DNA of 64,000 nucleotides from an uncultured Verrucomicrobiae bacterium (lineage in GTDB: Bacteria; Chlamydiota; Chlamydiia; Chlamydiales; Rhabdochlamydiaceae): contig OY970364.1 in the NCBI GenBank assembly GCA_963718565.1, forward strand, positions 1,824,001 to 1,888,000, read 5' to 3'. The position numbers and the translations under genes are program-made. Below the pieces are notes generated by a model, which did no database searches, was not told the DNA's origin, and saw nothing but the letters and a program-made list of their open reading frames with translations. Position 1 is the stretch's first letter; each line of letters starts with the position of its first letter. Positions 30,455 through 41,146 of the stretch are shown here, one piece after another.

Positions 30455-31618
30455 ATGTCGCAAGATTTTTCATGCACTATGTGCGCAAATCGCACTGTAA
30501 GCACAATCGTTGATTTTGGGCTGCACCCTCCTGCAAATCGATTTATAGCCAAGGACTCTCTTGAAAAAGACGAGGATATTTATCCGCTGGGCATCGGATA
30601 TTGCTCATCCTGTAAAAACATTCAACTTTCCTGCCGCATGCCGATGCAGGAAATCAGGCCGCGCTTTGATTGGATTGCATATCAGGAGCCCGAACAGCAT
30701 CTCGATGAAGTTGCACGCCATCTTTTTCGATTGCCAGGGATCGGTTCAGCTTCGCGTATTTTAGGCGTGACCTATAAAGATCAAAGCACTTTGGATCGAT
30801 TATTGCGATTAGGGACGTCTCCAGGGGTTTGTCTTTCCAAAGAGGACTTTTCCATTTTTCGCGACCCTGAACTGGTTTTGAACGCAGAAGAGAAGCATAT
30901 CCCCGTGGATTTGTTGATCGCTCGGCATATCGCAGAGCATGCGCTGGATGCTGTGGGCCTTATTCGTAAGCTAAAAAAATTGATTGCTCCTGAAGGCTAT
31001 TTGGTCATCGAAGTTCCCGATTGTGAAAAATTTTTAAGGACGGGCAATCATGCTTTTGTTTGGGAAGAACACCTCAGCTATTTTACTCAAGAATCGCTAT
31101 TAGTATTAGCAGAGAAAATAGAAGCCAGGATAGTTTGGTTCGCACGATATCCCTATCCTTATGAAGATTCCTTAGTAGCAGCATTTCAATGGATACCAAA
31201 CTCTCAAAAGCTGGACGCTACGCTGCACCAAAGCCCTGGGATTGAAACTGTCGGCGATTTATTGCAACGCTTTAAACAAAGCCTATCGGCGTCCAAATCG
31301 GAGTGGCGAGCTCGATTGCAAGCCTATCGCGATCAAGGACATCGATTAGCTGTTTTTGGCGCGGGGCATTTGGCTGCAAAATGGATTAATTTTCTTTGTG
31401 TATCAGATCTTATTGATTGCGTGATTGATGATCATCCTAACAAAATTGGCATGTATATGCCGGGTTCCAAATTGCCCATTTTGCCGTCTAGCGCTTTATG
31501 CGAAACTGGAATCAAGGTGTGTATTTCTACCCTAAGTCCGGAAAGTGAACGCAAAGTGCGGACGAAATTAAGTCATTATTTTGATCACGGGGGAATGTTT
31601 ATTTCTGCATTCATATGA
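30455..31618 (+). CDS. NDP-sugar C-methyltransferase-like protein (Zn-binding N-terminus; SAM motif degenerate)
   Basis: CxxC...DFGLHPPAN...CxxC, EEHLSYF, FGAG, DDHPNKIGMYMPG motifs. Confidence 0.72.
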   Translation: MSQDFSCTMCANRTVSTIVDFGLHPPANRFIAKDSLEKDEDIYPLGIGYCSSCKNIQLSCRMPMQEIRPRFDWIAYQEPEQHLDEVARHLFRLPGIGSASRILGVTYKDQSTLDRLLRLGTSPGVCLSKEDFSIFRDPELVLNAEEKHIPVDLLIARHIAEHALDAVGLIRKLKKLIAPEGYLVIEVPDCEKFLRTGNHAFVWEEHLSYFTQESLLVLAEKIEARIVWFARYPYPYEDSLVAAFQWIPNSQKLDATLHQSPGIETVGDLLQRFKQSLSASKSEWRARLQAYRDQGHRLAVFGAGHLAAKWINFLCVSDLIDCVIDDHPNKIGMYMPGSKLPILPSSALCETGIKVCISTLSPESERKVRTKLSHYFDHGGMFISAFI

Positions 31619-32136
31619 TCGAGCTTTCTTTAAAAAAGGTTAATGAAGAACTTTATTTGGCCACAGATGCAATTGTCCGTTTCGATCGGCAAGCGATTGC
31701 ATTTATCAAGGAAAAAGCATTGAACAATCGGCGCGGCCGGGCAAGGATTTGTGCGCATAAAAGTAACGATGATCCTTTGCATGAAATGCTGATTGCCATT
31801 CGGTCGGATAGCTATATTCGCCCGCACAGACATCGTAATAAGGCTGAATCTTTTCATTTAATTGAAGGAAGAGCCGATATTGTTATTTTAAATGAGATAG
31901 GCGAGATAATCGATGTGATAAAATTAGGACTAGAAGCTAATTTTTATTATCGTTTAGACGATCCGCATTATCACACATTATTAATTCATACTCCGATCCT
32001 AGTGATTCATGAAATTACAAACGGTCCTTTTAACCCCAACGATTCTGATCCGGCGTTATTTGCTCCTTTAGAAAATGAAGGTAACTCTTTGGAGTACATA
32101 AATTTTCTCAAACAAGTTGTGTTAAAGAATTCTTAA
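31615..32136 (+). CDS. WbuC-family cupin
   Basis: RGRARICAH, LHEMLI, YIRPHRH..KAESF, HEITNGPF. Confidence 0.85.
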   Translation: MIELSLKKVNEELYLATDAIVRFDRQAIAFIKEKALNNRRGRARICAHKSNDDPLHEMLIAIRSDSYIRPHRHRNKAESFHLIEGRADIVILNEIGEIIDVIKLGLEANFYYRLDDPHYHTLLIHTPILVIHEITNGPFNPNDSDPALFAPLENEGNSLEYINFLKQVVLKNS

Positions 32137-32153
32137 CGATAAGACAGTCTCTA

Positions 32154-33389
32154 ATGCTGCAAAATCTGCAAAAATATTGGCATGTGAGGATCGTGCATTG
32201 GCGCGAGTTCGGCACTTTCTGGTTTGTTTATCGAGCTTTGTTTAAATTATTAAAATTATCAACTGGGCTGTTGTTACAACCGCTAGCTTTAATTGCACAT
32301 CTCATTGGATTCAGGAAAGCCAACATTTGCGAACGCCATATTGGACATTTGGCTGCTGAACCCGATTGTTTGCTTAAGTTAGTACAGGCCGGTCTTTTGC
32401 CAAAAAGGCGTTATTTTTTTACTGTGTCTGCAAAAAAAATTGCAAATCCGTGTTTATTAGAATATTGGAACAATTATATTCCTATCATCAAGAATCCATT
32501 TTTAAATTATTTGTTGTCAACTTCGTCTGCTTTTGGGCTAATGAAATTTGATGTGGGAGAGTTTATATTGACGGAGAGTTCCTCTGCCCGATACTATGAA
32601 GTCTGTTCTCGTTGGGGTAATAAACAGCACATCCTTGCACTTTCCGATGCGCATCGCAAGTATGGACGCGAGAAACTCGCTCATTTAAAAGTACCCCCTG
32701 GTGCTTGGTTTGTTTGTTTACATACCCGAGAGGGAGGATTCTCTCAAAAAGATGAAGCGATACATGCTTATCGCAATGCAGATATTCATCAATGTCGTTT
32801 AGCAATTGAGACGATCAGCTCTTATGGCGGCTGGGTCATTCGCATGGGCGATTCAACGATGACCCCTATGAGTGGATTGCCTCATTTTGTCGACTACGCA
32901 CATAGCAAAGAAAAATCAGATCGGATGGACGTATTTCTATGTGCTGAATGCAAATTATTTATCGGAAATACATCGGGATTGTTTTTAATGAGCACAGCTT
33001 TTGGCGTTCCTTGCGCTCTGGTCAATATGATCCCTTTTTCTGCGCCAGCCTTTGGGTCAAAGGATATTTACATTCCTAAGCTTTACCGAGATAGGAACAC
33101 CGGTAGGTATTTGAGGTTTCCAGAGATCTTTCAATCCCCCATGGCTAATTACAGAGATGTAAAGCGTTTTTTAGAAGCTGGGATAGAAGTAGAGGAAAAT
33201 TCGCCAGAAGATATCAATGCTTTGGTGATAGAAGCTTTAATGAGGCTAGAAAACCAATGGACTCCCTCGGCCGGTGACGAGGAAAGGCAGGCGAATTTTA
33301 AAAAATTATTCCGTAAAGAAGATTATGGTTATCATAGCCCATCGCGTATTGGATCTTCATTTTTGGCAAAGCACGAACATTTGATGTAA
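32154..33389 (+). CDS. TIGR04372-like putative glycosyltransferase
   Basis: HIGHLA, WFVCLHTRE, YRNADI, GGWVIRMG, FIGNTSG, ENSPEDI motifs. Confidence 0.8.
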   Translation: MLQNLQKYWHVRIVHWREFGTFWFVYRALFKLLKLSTGLLLQPLALIAHLIGFRKANICERHIGHLAAEPDCLLKLVQAGLLPKRRYFFTVSAKKIANPCLLEYWNNYIPIIKNPFLNYLLSTSSAFGLMKFDVGEFILTESSSARYYEVCSRWGNKQHILALSDAHRKYGREKLAHLKVPPGAWFVCLHTREGGFSQKDEAIHAYRNADIHQCRLAIETISSYGGWVIRMGDSTMTPMSGLPHFVDYAHSKEKSDRMDVFLCAECKLFIGNTSGLFLMSTAFGVPCALVNMIPFSAPAFGSKDIYIPKLYRDRNTGRYLRFPEIFQSPMANYRDVKRFLEAGIEVEENSPEDINALVIEALMRLENQWTPSAGDEERQANFKKLFRKEDYGYHSPSRIGSSFLAKHEHLM

Positions 33390-34609
33390 TGATGCGAGAA
33401 AGCATATCGGATATTTTGATTATAGGAGCAGGCATTATTGGACTTGCTACAGCGTATCAATTGAAGCAGCTTTTCCCTCAATTCCATGTGACGATTTTAG
33501 AGAAAGAAAAAAAGAGCGGGATGCACCAATCCACTCACAATAGCGGAGTGGTGCATTCGGGGATCTACTATAAGCCTGGTTCTTTGAAGGCGAAAAATTG
33601 CATGGAAGGAAGGAGTGCTCTTTTAGAGTTTTGTCGAGAGAATGAGATTACGCTTGAAAAATTAGGTAAGGTCATTATTGCGACGCAAGACAAAGAAATC
33701 CCCTTTCTTCTCGAATTAGAACAACGGGGCCGCACCAATGGCGTGAATGGCTTGAAACGCATCTCAAGAGAGCAGCTCAAGGAAATTGAACCTCATGCTA
33801 GAGGGATTCAAGCATTATGGGTCCCCGAATGCTACTCGATCCGATTTCAAGACGTGATCGAAAAACTTGCCTTTCATTTTATAAGCAAAGGGGGCGAGAT
33901 TTTTTTTGATCAAAAAGCCATTGCCATTAAGGCTGACAAAAATCGAGTAGTTGTAGAAACCTCTAGAGCTTCTCATACAGCTTCTTATTTGATCAATTGT
34001 GCAGGTCTTTTTTCGGACCGAATTGCTTCTCTTGTTCTTGGAAAAGGCCAAGTTCCCTTTCAAATCATTCCATTTAGAGGAGAATATTGGGAGCTTGTGC
34101 CATCAAAAAAAGATCTCGTGAGGGGACTGATTTATCCGGTGCCTGATCCCCGATTCCCTTTCCTGGGCGTGCACTTGAGCCGCATGGTCGATGGAAAGGT
34201 TCTTGCTGGGCCGAATGCCGTTCTCGCCTTAGCTCGCGAAGGATATAAAAAATCGCAATTTAACCTTGAAGATTTCTTCCAATATCTATGTTATCCAGGT
34301 TTTTGGAAAATGGCTGCGCGATATTGGGATGTAGGATGGCAAGAGGTTCAACGATCTTTGCGCAAAAAAGTGTTCGTCAAGCAAATCCAGCGCTTGCTTC
34401 CTCAAGTCGAAGAGCAAGACTTTATTGAAAGTTTTTCCGGCGTTCGTGCGCAAGCGATAAAAAAAGATGGGACCATCCTGGATGATTTTGCGATCCTGCA
34501 AAAGCATCATACGTTTCATGTTCTGAATGCGCCATCTCCCGCGGCGACTTCGTGTCTTTCGATCGCAAAATTCATTTGCGACCATTTTTCTAAAGCTTGC
34601 TTTGAATGA
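33389..34609 (+). CDS. lhgO: L-2-hydroxyglutarate oxidase-like FAD oxidase
   Basis: GAGIIGLA, HQSTHNSGVVHSGIYYKPGSLKA, YPVPDPRFPFLGVH, GVRAQA, NAPSPAATS. Confidence 0.85.
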   Translation: MMRESISDILIIGAGIIGLATAYQLKQLFPQFHVTILEKEKKSGMHQSTHNSGVVHSGIYYKPGSLKAKNCMEGRSALLEFCRENEITLEKLGKVIIATQDKEIPFLLELEQRGRTNGVNGLKRISREQLKEIEPHARGIQALWVPECYSIRFQDVIEKLAFHFISKGGEIFFDQKAIAIKADKNRVVVETSRASHTASYLINCAGLFSDRIASLVLGKGQVPFQIIPFRGEYWELVPSKKDLVRGLIYPVPDPRFPFLGVHLSRMVDGKVLAGPNAVLALAREGYKKSQFNLEDFFQYLCYPGFWKMAARYWDVGWQEVQRSLRKKVFVKQIQRLLPQVEEQDFIESFSGVRAQAIKKDGTILDDFAILQKHHTFHVLNAPSPAATSCLSIAKFICDHFSKACFE

Positions 34610-34623
34610 TTAAAAAGTTGAAT

Positions 34624-34651
34624 ATAGAGGGAGTTTTGCAATTCCCTCTAT
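34624..34651. repeat. Collapsed remnant of family B palindromic element; possible terminator hairpin
   Basis: ATAGAGGGA-GTTTTGCAAT-TCCCTCTAT; contains GAGTTTTGCAATTCCCTC, identical to the TIR at 57331-57348. Confidence 0.6.
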
Positions 34652-34689
34652 GTCATGGGCAATGGTGAAAGCGTCTATTTTGGAGATCT

Positions 34690-35640
34690 ATGAAATTTTT
34701 GGTTACAGGAGGCTGTGGATACAAGGGACATATTCTGGTTCCAAAACTATTAAAGCGCGGTGATGAGGTCGTTGTCTTCGATACGCAGTGGTTTGGAAAT
34801 TTTCTTGAAGAGCATCCTAAGTTGCAACTAGTCAGAGGAGATATTCGTCAAGTCAACAATATTCCGTTGGAGGGCGTTGATTGTATTATTCATTTAGCTT
34901 CCATTGCTAATGATCCCTGTGGAGATTTGAATCCGAAGCTGACTTGGGAAGTGAGCGCTCTTGCTACAATGCAGCTTGCGGAAAAAGCTAAACGGTTTGG
35001 CATTAAGCGTTTTATTTATGCTTCTTCTGGAAGCGTTTATGGAGTCAAAGAAGAGGAACAAGTCATCGAGGAGCTAGAGCTCGAGCCGATTTCGGAATAC
35101 AACAAAACAAAAATGGTTGCCGAACGCGTTTTATTAGGCTATGGCGATGACATGGCTGTACAAATTGTGCGTCCAGGAACTGTGTGCGGATATTCTCCGC
35201 GGATGCGTTTTGATGTGGCTGTCAATATGCTAGTGATGCAGGCCCTTTCAAAAGGGAAAATCACTGTCTTCGGCGGTGACCAGATCAGGCCTAATATTCA
35301 CATCGATGATATTACAGATGTTTATTTGCACCTGATCGATCATCCCGAGCATACAGGCATTTTTAACGCTGGATTTGAGAACATTTCGATTCTTGAAATT
35401 GCAAAACTTGTGACAAAATATGTCCCCGTAGAAATTGTCGTCACGCAATCTAATGACCCGAGATGTTATCGAGTGAATTCAGACAAGTTGTTGGCAACGG
35501 GCTTTCAGCCAAAGAAAAAAGTAGAAGACGCCATTCAAGAGATCATCGAAAAGCATCGGACAGGAAACTGCAAAGATGAAGAGCGGTTCTATAACCTAAA
35601 ATGGATGCAGCAAACTGTATTGAAAGGGGCTGTGTTATGA
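34690..35640 (+). CDS. NAD-dependent epimerase/dehydratase
   Basis: TGGCGYKG, HLASIANDP, ASSGSVYG, YNKTK. Confidence 0.87.
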   Translation: MKFLVTGGCGYKGHILVPKLLKRGDEVVVFDTQWFGNFLEEHPKLQLVRGDIRQVNNIPLEGVDCIIHLASIANDPCGDLNPKLTWEVSALATMQLAEKAKRFGIKRFIYASSGSVYGVKEEEQVIEELELEPISEYNKTKMVAERVLLGYGDDMAVQIVRPGTVCGYSPRMRFDVAVNMLVMQALSKGKITVFGGDQIRPNIHIDDITDVYLHLIDHPEHTGIFNAGFENISILEIAKLVTKYVPVEIVVTQSNDPRCYRVNSDKLLATGFQPKKKVEDAIQEIIEKHRTGNCKDEERFYNLKWMQQTVLKGAVL

Positions 35641-36278
35641 AAGAGGCTGAAATTCTGAAAAAATTTTGTGAAAATTATGCTGCGCGTTTGCAGACAATTC
35701 TTGAACAGACCACCTGGGAAAATGTTGCCCAGCTTGCATTAGATTTACATGCGTGTTGGCAAGATAACAGACAGGTCTTTCTTTGCGGCAACGGAGGAAG
35801 CGCTGCCAATGCTATTCATTTGGCAAATGACTACCTCTATGGAATTGCCAATTCTCCTGATCGCCTCGAGCATAAGGGAATGCGTGTGCAAGCTCTTACA
35901 GCTAACCCGGCAATCATCACATGTCTTGCCAATGACATCAATTATGAGCAGATTTTTTCCGAGCAATTGGCAGTTCAAGGCGAGCCGGGGGACCTGCTCA
36001 TCGTATTTTCAGGAAGCGGAAATTCCGCAAACATCCAAGCCGTGCTCAAACAGGCTAAAAAGATGGAGATAAGATCTTATGCCGTTTTGGGTTTTTCAGG
36101 AGGAGTCTGTAAGGCTATGGCCGATGTCGCTATCCATTTTCCCATCAATGATATGCAAATTTCTGAGGATATGCAGCTCATCGTAGGCCACATGCTCATG
36201 CAATGCCTTTATCATCATCAACCTCGCCAAAACATACCTCGTGGAACTTTTTATGCTGAAACTGCTAGTTATCGGTAG
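35637..36278 (+). CDS. SIS-domain sugar-phosphate isomerase (GmhA-like)
   Basis: CGNGGSAANAIH, TCLAND, SGSGNS, MQISED; likely start ATG 35637. Confidence 0.85.
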   Translation: MKEAEILKKFCENYAARLQTILEQTTWENVAQLALDLHACWQDNRQVFLCGNGGSAANAIHLANDYLYGIANSPDRLEHKGMRVQALTANPAIITCLANDINYEQIFSEQLAVQGEPGDLLIVFSGSGNSANIQAVLKQAKKMEIRSYAVLGFSGGVCKAMADVAIHFPINDMQISEDMQLIVGHMLMQCLYHHQPRQNIPRGTFYAETASYR

Positions 36279-37245
36279 CAACTCATTTTCCGGAGCAAGT
36301 TTTGTCGACTTCGCTTTGTCGCAAAACGCTTGTGTCATGGGGATTAGCCGGTCTGAAGAACCAAGCAGCGCTTTTTTGCCCTATCAGTGGCGGGATGACC
36401 ATCGTCGTCATTTTACTTTTTACCAATGGGACCTTAATCACCATTTGACGGAGATCATGGCATGGATTCACAAGGCTAAACCTGAATACATTGTCAATTT
36501 CGCTGCGCAGAGCATGGTTGCCCAAAGTTGGGACCATCCCAAAGACTGGTTCATGACAAATACAGTATCAACGATAGAGTTTCATAATGCTTTGCGCAGA
36601 TGTGATTTTTTGAAAAGATATGTGCATGTCTCAACACCGGAAGTTTATGGAAGTTGTTCTGGCTTTGTGAAAGAGGATTATCCATTCAATCCCAGCACTC
36701 CCTATGCGGTATCGCGTGCAGCTGCAGATATGAGCTTGCGTGCTTTTCATGCTGCCTATCAATTCCCTGTCGCAATAACACGGGCAGCGAATGTCTACGG
36801 GCCTGGCCAGCAGCTCTATCGCATTATTCCTCGTACGGTTTTATTTATTTTATTAAAACGGAAAGTCCAATTGCACGGAGGTGGGGCCTCCACTCGTTCT
36901 TTTATTCATATGAAAGATGTTTCCGATGCGACTTGGCGTATCATGTTAAATGGCGCACATGGCCATACCTATCATATTTCGACAAGTGTTGTCATTTCGA
37001 TTCGAGAATTAGTAGAGCGCATTTGCAAAAAACTTAACATGCGATTTGAAGATCACGTCGAGATTGTAGGAGAGCGTCTTGGAAAAGATAGTGCCTATCA
37101 TCTAGATAGTTCCAAACTTCGCCATGAGCTTAGCTGGAGTGACCACATTTCTTTGGATCAAGGACTAGAAGAATGCATCGGTTGGGTTCAAAAGCACTTT
37201 GATGTTCTCAAGTTGCAAAATTACGATTACATTCACAAAAAATAG
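36253..37245 (+). CDS. NDP-sugar 4,6-dehydratase-like (extended SDR)
   Basis: IGSNSFSG, NFAAQSMV, STPEVYG, PSTPYAVSRAA, NVYGPGQ. Confidence 0.82.
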   Translation: MLKLLVIGSNSFSGASFVDFALSQNACVMGISRSEEPSSAFLPYQWRDDHRRHFTFYQWDLNHHLTEIMAWIHKAKPEYIVNFAAQSMVAQSWDHPKDWFMTNTVSTIEFHNALRRCDFLKRYVHVSTPEVYGSCSGFVKEDYPFNPSTPYAVSRAAADMSLRAFHAAYQFPVAITRAANVYGPGQQLYRIIPRTVLFILLKRKVQLHGGGASTRSFIHMKDVSDATWRIMLNGAHGHTYHISTSVVISIRELVERICKKLNMRFEDHVEIVGERLGKDSAYHLDSSKLRHELSWSDHISLDQGLEECIGWVQKHFDVLKLQNYDYIHKK

Positions 37246-38061
37246 ATGATGTCTAATACACTGGAAACGCTTGCGCGCGAGCTGCGAAAGCGCATCATAG
37301 AAACCTCTCATAGGGCCGAAATTCCACATCTGGGATCTTGCTTATCCTGTGCCGATATTTTAATCGCTCTTTATTTTTCTGTTCTTCGCATAGACCCTGC
37401 CCATCCTCGCGCAAAGGACCGTGATCGTTTTGTCTTAAGCAAAGGTCATGCTGCTCCCGCATTATTTCAGGTTTTAGCGATGAAGGGATTTTATCCCTTA
37501 GAATGGTTGGACACTTTTGGGAATGATGGAAGCGTATTTGCTGAACATCCCCCGGCACCCGAATGCTTACCAGGCATTGAAGCAGCCACAGGTTCATTGG
37601 GACACGGGCTCCCGATGGCATTAGGGATGGCGCTTTCAGCTCGCATTCTGCAAGAAAACTATAAGGTTTATGCCATCCTTAGTGATGGGGAGTGCAACGA
37701 AGGAGCGATTTGGGAAGCTGCTTTATTTGCCGCTGCGCAAAAAATGGACAATGTCTGCGCCATCATCGACTTTAACAAATGGCAGGCAACGGGAAGAAGC
37801 TGTGAAATTATGTCGCTGAATCCCTTAAGTGATAAATGGAGCGCTTTCGGATGGAATGTCTACGAAATCGATGGCCACGATATGAATGCCATCATCCAGA
37901 CATTGAGAAAATTTCCTGCAGAAAACCAAAAACCGACAGCAATCATTGCCCATACCATAAAAGGGAAAGGGGTTTCTTTTATGGAGGATAATAATCATTG
38001 GCATTATTGTATTCCGTCAGCAGAGCAAGTTGTTGCGGCAAAACAAGAATTGGGGGTCTAA
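37246..38061 (+). CDS. Transketolase, N-terminal (TPP-binding) subunit
   Basis: HLGSCLS, DRFVLSKGH, TGSLGHG, SDGECNEG, HTIKGKG. Confidence 0.92.
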   Translation: MMSNTLETLARELRKRIIETSHRAEIPHLGSCLSCADILIALYFSVLRIDPAHPRAKDRDRFVLSKGHAAPALFQVLAMKGFYPLEWLDTFGNDGSVFAEHPPAPECLPGIEAATGSLGHGLPMALGMALSARILQENYKVYAILSDGECNEGAIWEAALFAAAQKMDNVCAIIDFNKWQATGRSCEIMSLNPLSDKWSAFGWNVYEIDGHDMNAIIQTLRKFPAENQKPTAIIAHTIKGKGVSFMEDNNHWHYCIPSAEQVVAAKQELGV

Positions 38062-38064
38062 TGA

Positions 38065-38988
38065 ATGAGAAATGCTTTTGCTGAAGAATTAACAAATCTT
38101 GCCCGTGAAGATCAGCGCATTGTTTTGTTGTCAGGAGATATAGGCAACCGATTATTTGATCCATTCAAGCTTGACGTTAAAGATCGATTTTATAATTGCG
38201 GAGTGGCTGAAGCCAACATGATGGGTGTTGCTGCTGGCATGGCCTTGTCTGGTCTGCGTCCAGTCGTCTACACAATCACCCCCTTTACAACAACGCGTTG
38301 CTTCGAGCAAATCCGCGTCGATGTTTGCTATCATAGCGTCCCCGTGATCATCGTGGGAACAGGCTCAGGGCTTTCTTATGCAGAACTCGGACCCACGCAC
38401 CACTCCTTGGAAGACATGGCCCTTTTACGCACCCTGCCAGGGATGCGCGTCATAGCACCCTGCGATTCTGCGGAGATGCGCGCTGCTCTGCGAGCGGCAG
38501 TCAGAGAAAATCACCCTGTTTACATGCGTATTGGCAAAAAAGGCGAACCCAAAATTTATCAACAATCTCCTTCAGTAGAAATCGGAAAGGTAAATATTTT
38601 GCGAGAAGGAAAAGATATCGCGCTTTTAGGTGCAGGCACAATCATGCCCGAAGTGCTCAAGGCTGCAGATATTTTATCTTCGCATCATGTTTCAGCCGAG
38701 GTCGTCAGCTTTCACACGATTAAGCCTCTTGATACAAAATTTTTAATGGCCGCAGCTTTACGCTTCAAACTTTTTGCTGTTGTTGAAGAACATGGGGTGA
38801 TTGGCGGACTGGGCAGTGCGATCGCAGAATGGCGAACGCATCAGAATGTTATGACTCCGCAAATCAATTTTGGGACACCCGATGCATTTATGCATGAGTC
38901 GGGAAGCCAAGAATACGCGCGGAACAAGTTTGGGCTTTATGGTGAAAACATTGCGAAAAAAATCATCGAGAGACTACTTGAAAAATGA
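38065..38988 (+). CDS. Transketolase, C-terminal subunit
   Basis: GVAEANM, EQIRVD, GPTHHSLED, VEEH...GGLG. Confidence 0.92.
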   Translation: MRNAFAEELTNLAREDQRIVLLSGDIGNRLFDPFKLDVKDRFYNCGVAEANMMGVAAGMALSGLRPVVYTITPFTTTRCFEQIRVDVCYHSVPVIIVGTGSGLSYAELGPTHHSLEDMALLRTLPGMRVIAPCDSAEMRAALRAAVRENHPVYMRIGKKGEPKIYQQSPSVEIGKVNILREGKDIALLGAGTIMPEVLKAADILSSHHVSAEVVSFHTIKPLDTKFLMAAALRFKLFAVVEEHGVIGGLGSAIAEWRTHQNVMTPQINFGTPDAFMHESGSQEYARNKFGLYGENIAKKIIERLLEK

Positions 38989-39593
38989 AAATTGGATTGG
39001 ACTTTGATAATACCATTGTGAGTTACGATACAGTTTTTCGCGACGTCGCCGTAGAATGGAAGGCTATCCCCAAAGAAACTCCTGCCAGCAAAGTTTTCAT
39101 TCGCGATTTTTTAAAAAGGGCTGGCAAAGAGGACATGTGGACTGAAATGCAAGGTTATGTTTACGGAATGCGCATGGACGATGCACAAGTTTATCCCGGT
39201 TTTAAAGAGTTCATGGGCCGAATAAAAAATGCTGGACACGCAGTCGCGATCATTAGTCATAAGACTTTGCATCCATTCTTGGGGCCCAAGTATGACCTTC
39301 ATGCATCAGCACGACAATGGATTGAAAAGGAGCTTTGTTTAGAAGGGAGGCCATTTTTTGATAGGGACACTGTTTTTTTTGAACCCACGAAGGAAAAAAA
39401 ACTCGCGCGCATCGCCAATTTTGGATGCGATATTTTTATCGATGATCTTCCGGAACTGATTTCTTCCCCTCTTTTTCCCAAGAGGACTTCAGCAATTTTA
39501 TTCGATCCCGAAAAGGCTCATCACGCATTTTCTGTCCCCCAGGCCAAAGTCCTTTCTTCATGGTCTGAAATCCAAGGGGAATTATGTCCGTAA
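38985..39593 (+). CDS. HAD-superfamily hydrolase
   Basis: IGLDFDNTI, ISHKT, FIDDLPE. Confidence 0.8.
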   Translation: MKIGLDFDNTIVSYDTVFRDVAVEWKAIPKETPASKVFIRDFLKRAGKEDMWTEMQGYVYGMRMDDAQVYPGFKEFMGRIKNAGHAVAIISHKTLHPFLGPKYDLHASARQWIEKELCLEGRPFFDRDTVFFEPTKEKKLARIANFGCDIFIDDLPELISSPLFPKRTSAILFDPEKAHHAFSVPQAKVLSSWSEIQGELCP

Positions 39594-40672
39594 GCCAAGA
39601 AATCATTGTGCAAATTGTCGATTTGCTCTCTCAAGCGAATATCTCTCAGGAAAACCTAATAATCGAACGCTGTGCCCTAGGGGGCAATAATCGTACTTTT
39701 CGAGTCGAAACAAGTGATGGTGTTTTCGCCGCGAAGAAATATTTTAATCACAGTATGGACAGCCGCGACCGTTTATCCGCGGAATTTTCCTTTCTTTCTT
39801 ATGCCGAGAAAGTGGCCAATGGAATGGTGCCAAAGCCCTATGTCCAAAATTCGGAACACAAAATCGCCCTATATGAATTTATTCAAGGGCGACAATTTCA
39901 GCCCAATGAGATTACCGAGAAGGAAATGGAAGAAGCCATTCATTTCTTCCGTCTATTAAACGATACGGGATCTCGAGCGCAAGCTTCACTTGGAAAAGCT
40001 TCTGAAGCCTGTTTTTCTGTTCAAGAGCATCTTGACCTTGTTATTGCACGAATCAAGCAATTACAGAAAATTTCTCCGGACAACGAAGAAATGCAGGCTG
40101 CGAAAAATTATGCAGGAAAACTCAGTGATTATTTGTTAGGCTTGATAGAGGAGATCTATTCTTTTTCTCGTAATGAAGGAATTGACTTGGACTCTCCATT
40201 GAAACCCGAGCAATGCTGCATCTCCCCATCCGATTTTGGCTTTCATAACGCCTTGAAGCTTGCGAGTGGAGGCATCTGCTTTTTAGATTTTGAATATGCT
40301 GGATGGGACGATCCTTGCAAAATGGTCGGTGATTTTTTTGCCCAGATCGCTGTCCCTGTGCCTGAAAGGTTTTTTGAACCTTTTGTCCAGAAGACGATGT
40401 CGCTGTTTCCTCAGTCTGAAAAATTGATCCTTTGCGCAAAAATTTCAAGGCCCGTTTATCAAGTCAAATGGTGCTGCATTGCGCTCAATGTTTTCTTGCC
40501 CCAGCATTTGGAAAGACGAAAATTTGCCAATGATCAAGTGAACGTGTCCGATTTGCTGCGCTCTCAACTCAAAAAGGTGGAACATCTGCTTTCAGATCTA
40601 GATAAGAGATCTTGCATAACCTCATTCAATCGTGCTGGCGTTGTAGTAGGGGCTTGTAACAGAATCCATTGA
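39584..40672 (+). CDS. APH/choline-kinase-like phosphotransferase
   Basis: GGNNR, SPSDFGFHN, FLDFEYAGWDDP. Confidence 0.8.
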   Translation: MSVSQEIIVQIVDLLSQANISQENLIIERCALGGNNRTFRVETSDGVFAAKKYFNHSMDSRDRLSAEFSFLSYAEKVANGMVPKPYVQNSEHKIALYEFIQGRQFQPNEITEKEMEEAIHFFRLLNDTGSRAQASLGKASEACFSVQEHLDLVIARIKQLQKISPDNEEMQAAKNYAGKLSDYLLGLIEEIYSFSRNEGIDLDSPLKPEQCCISPSDFGFHNALKLASGGICFLDFEYAGWDDPCKMVGDFFAQIAVPVPERFFEPFVQKTMSLFPQSEKLILCAKISRPVYQVKWCCIALNVFLPQHLERRKFANDQVNVSDLLRSQLKKVEHLLSDLDKRSCITSFNRAGVVVGACNRIH

Positions 40673-40703
40673 ACTTATTCAAACCTGATTATATATTATC
40701 AGA

Positions 40704-41146
40704 ATGAACAAGTTTTTAAGCATTCAGGAAGCAGCAAAATGTTTGGGAGTTTCTCCACAAACACTCCGCCGATTTTGGCCAACCTTCAAAAGGCATTACT
40801 AAACCAATGCAACGAGCGATGAATAACCGATCTTTGACCGGACGTTGGAAAAACACCCTCTCCTGGGTAGCTCGAAAATCGGGGAAAACCTTTATTGAAT
40901 TCGACGAGAAAGGGACAACCCGGACCTGTAGCCACTGCCTGCGGATTGAAGAGCGGGGAATCCCTGTCTCATTGAGACAATGGCAATGTCCACAGTGCAA
41001 GACCGTTCACATTCGCGACGAGAATGCCGCAATTAACGGCTTGAGAAAGATCTTGCGAGATCTTTCAGCAAAAAATGAAGGAGGATATCCTTCAATAGTG
41101 TCTGGCTCAGACCTCGCTTTTATCCAAATAATTGAAGCGAGGCCGC
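40704..41146 (+). mobile_element. Internally deleted IS607-family remnant (TnpA N-terminal HTH joined to TnpB C-terminal part)
   Basis: ATG 40704 gives MNKFLSIQEAAKCLGVSPQTLRR; then a second frame gives RAMNNRS...DEKGTTRTCSHC...WQCPQC...IRDENAAIN (TnpB zinc ribbon and RuvC-III). Confidence 0.75.
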
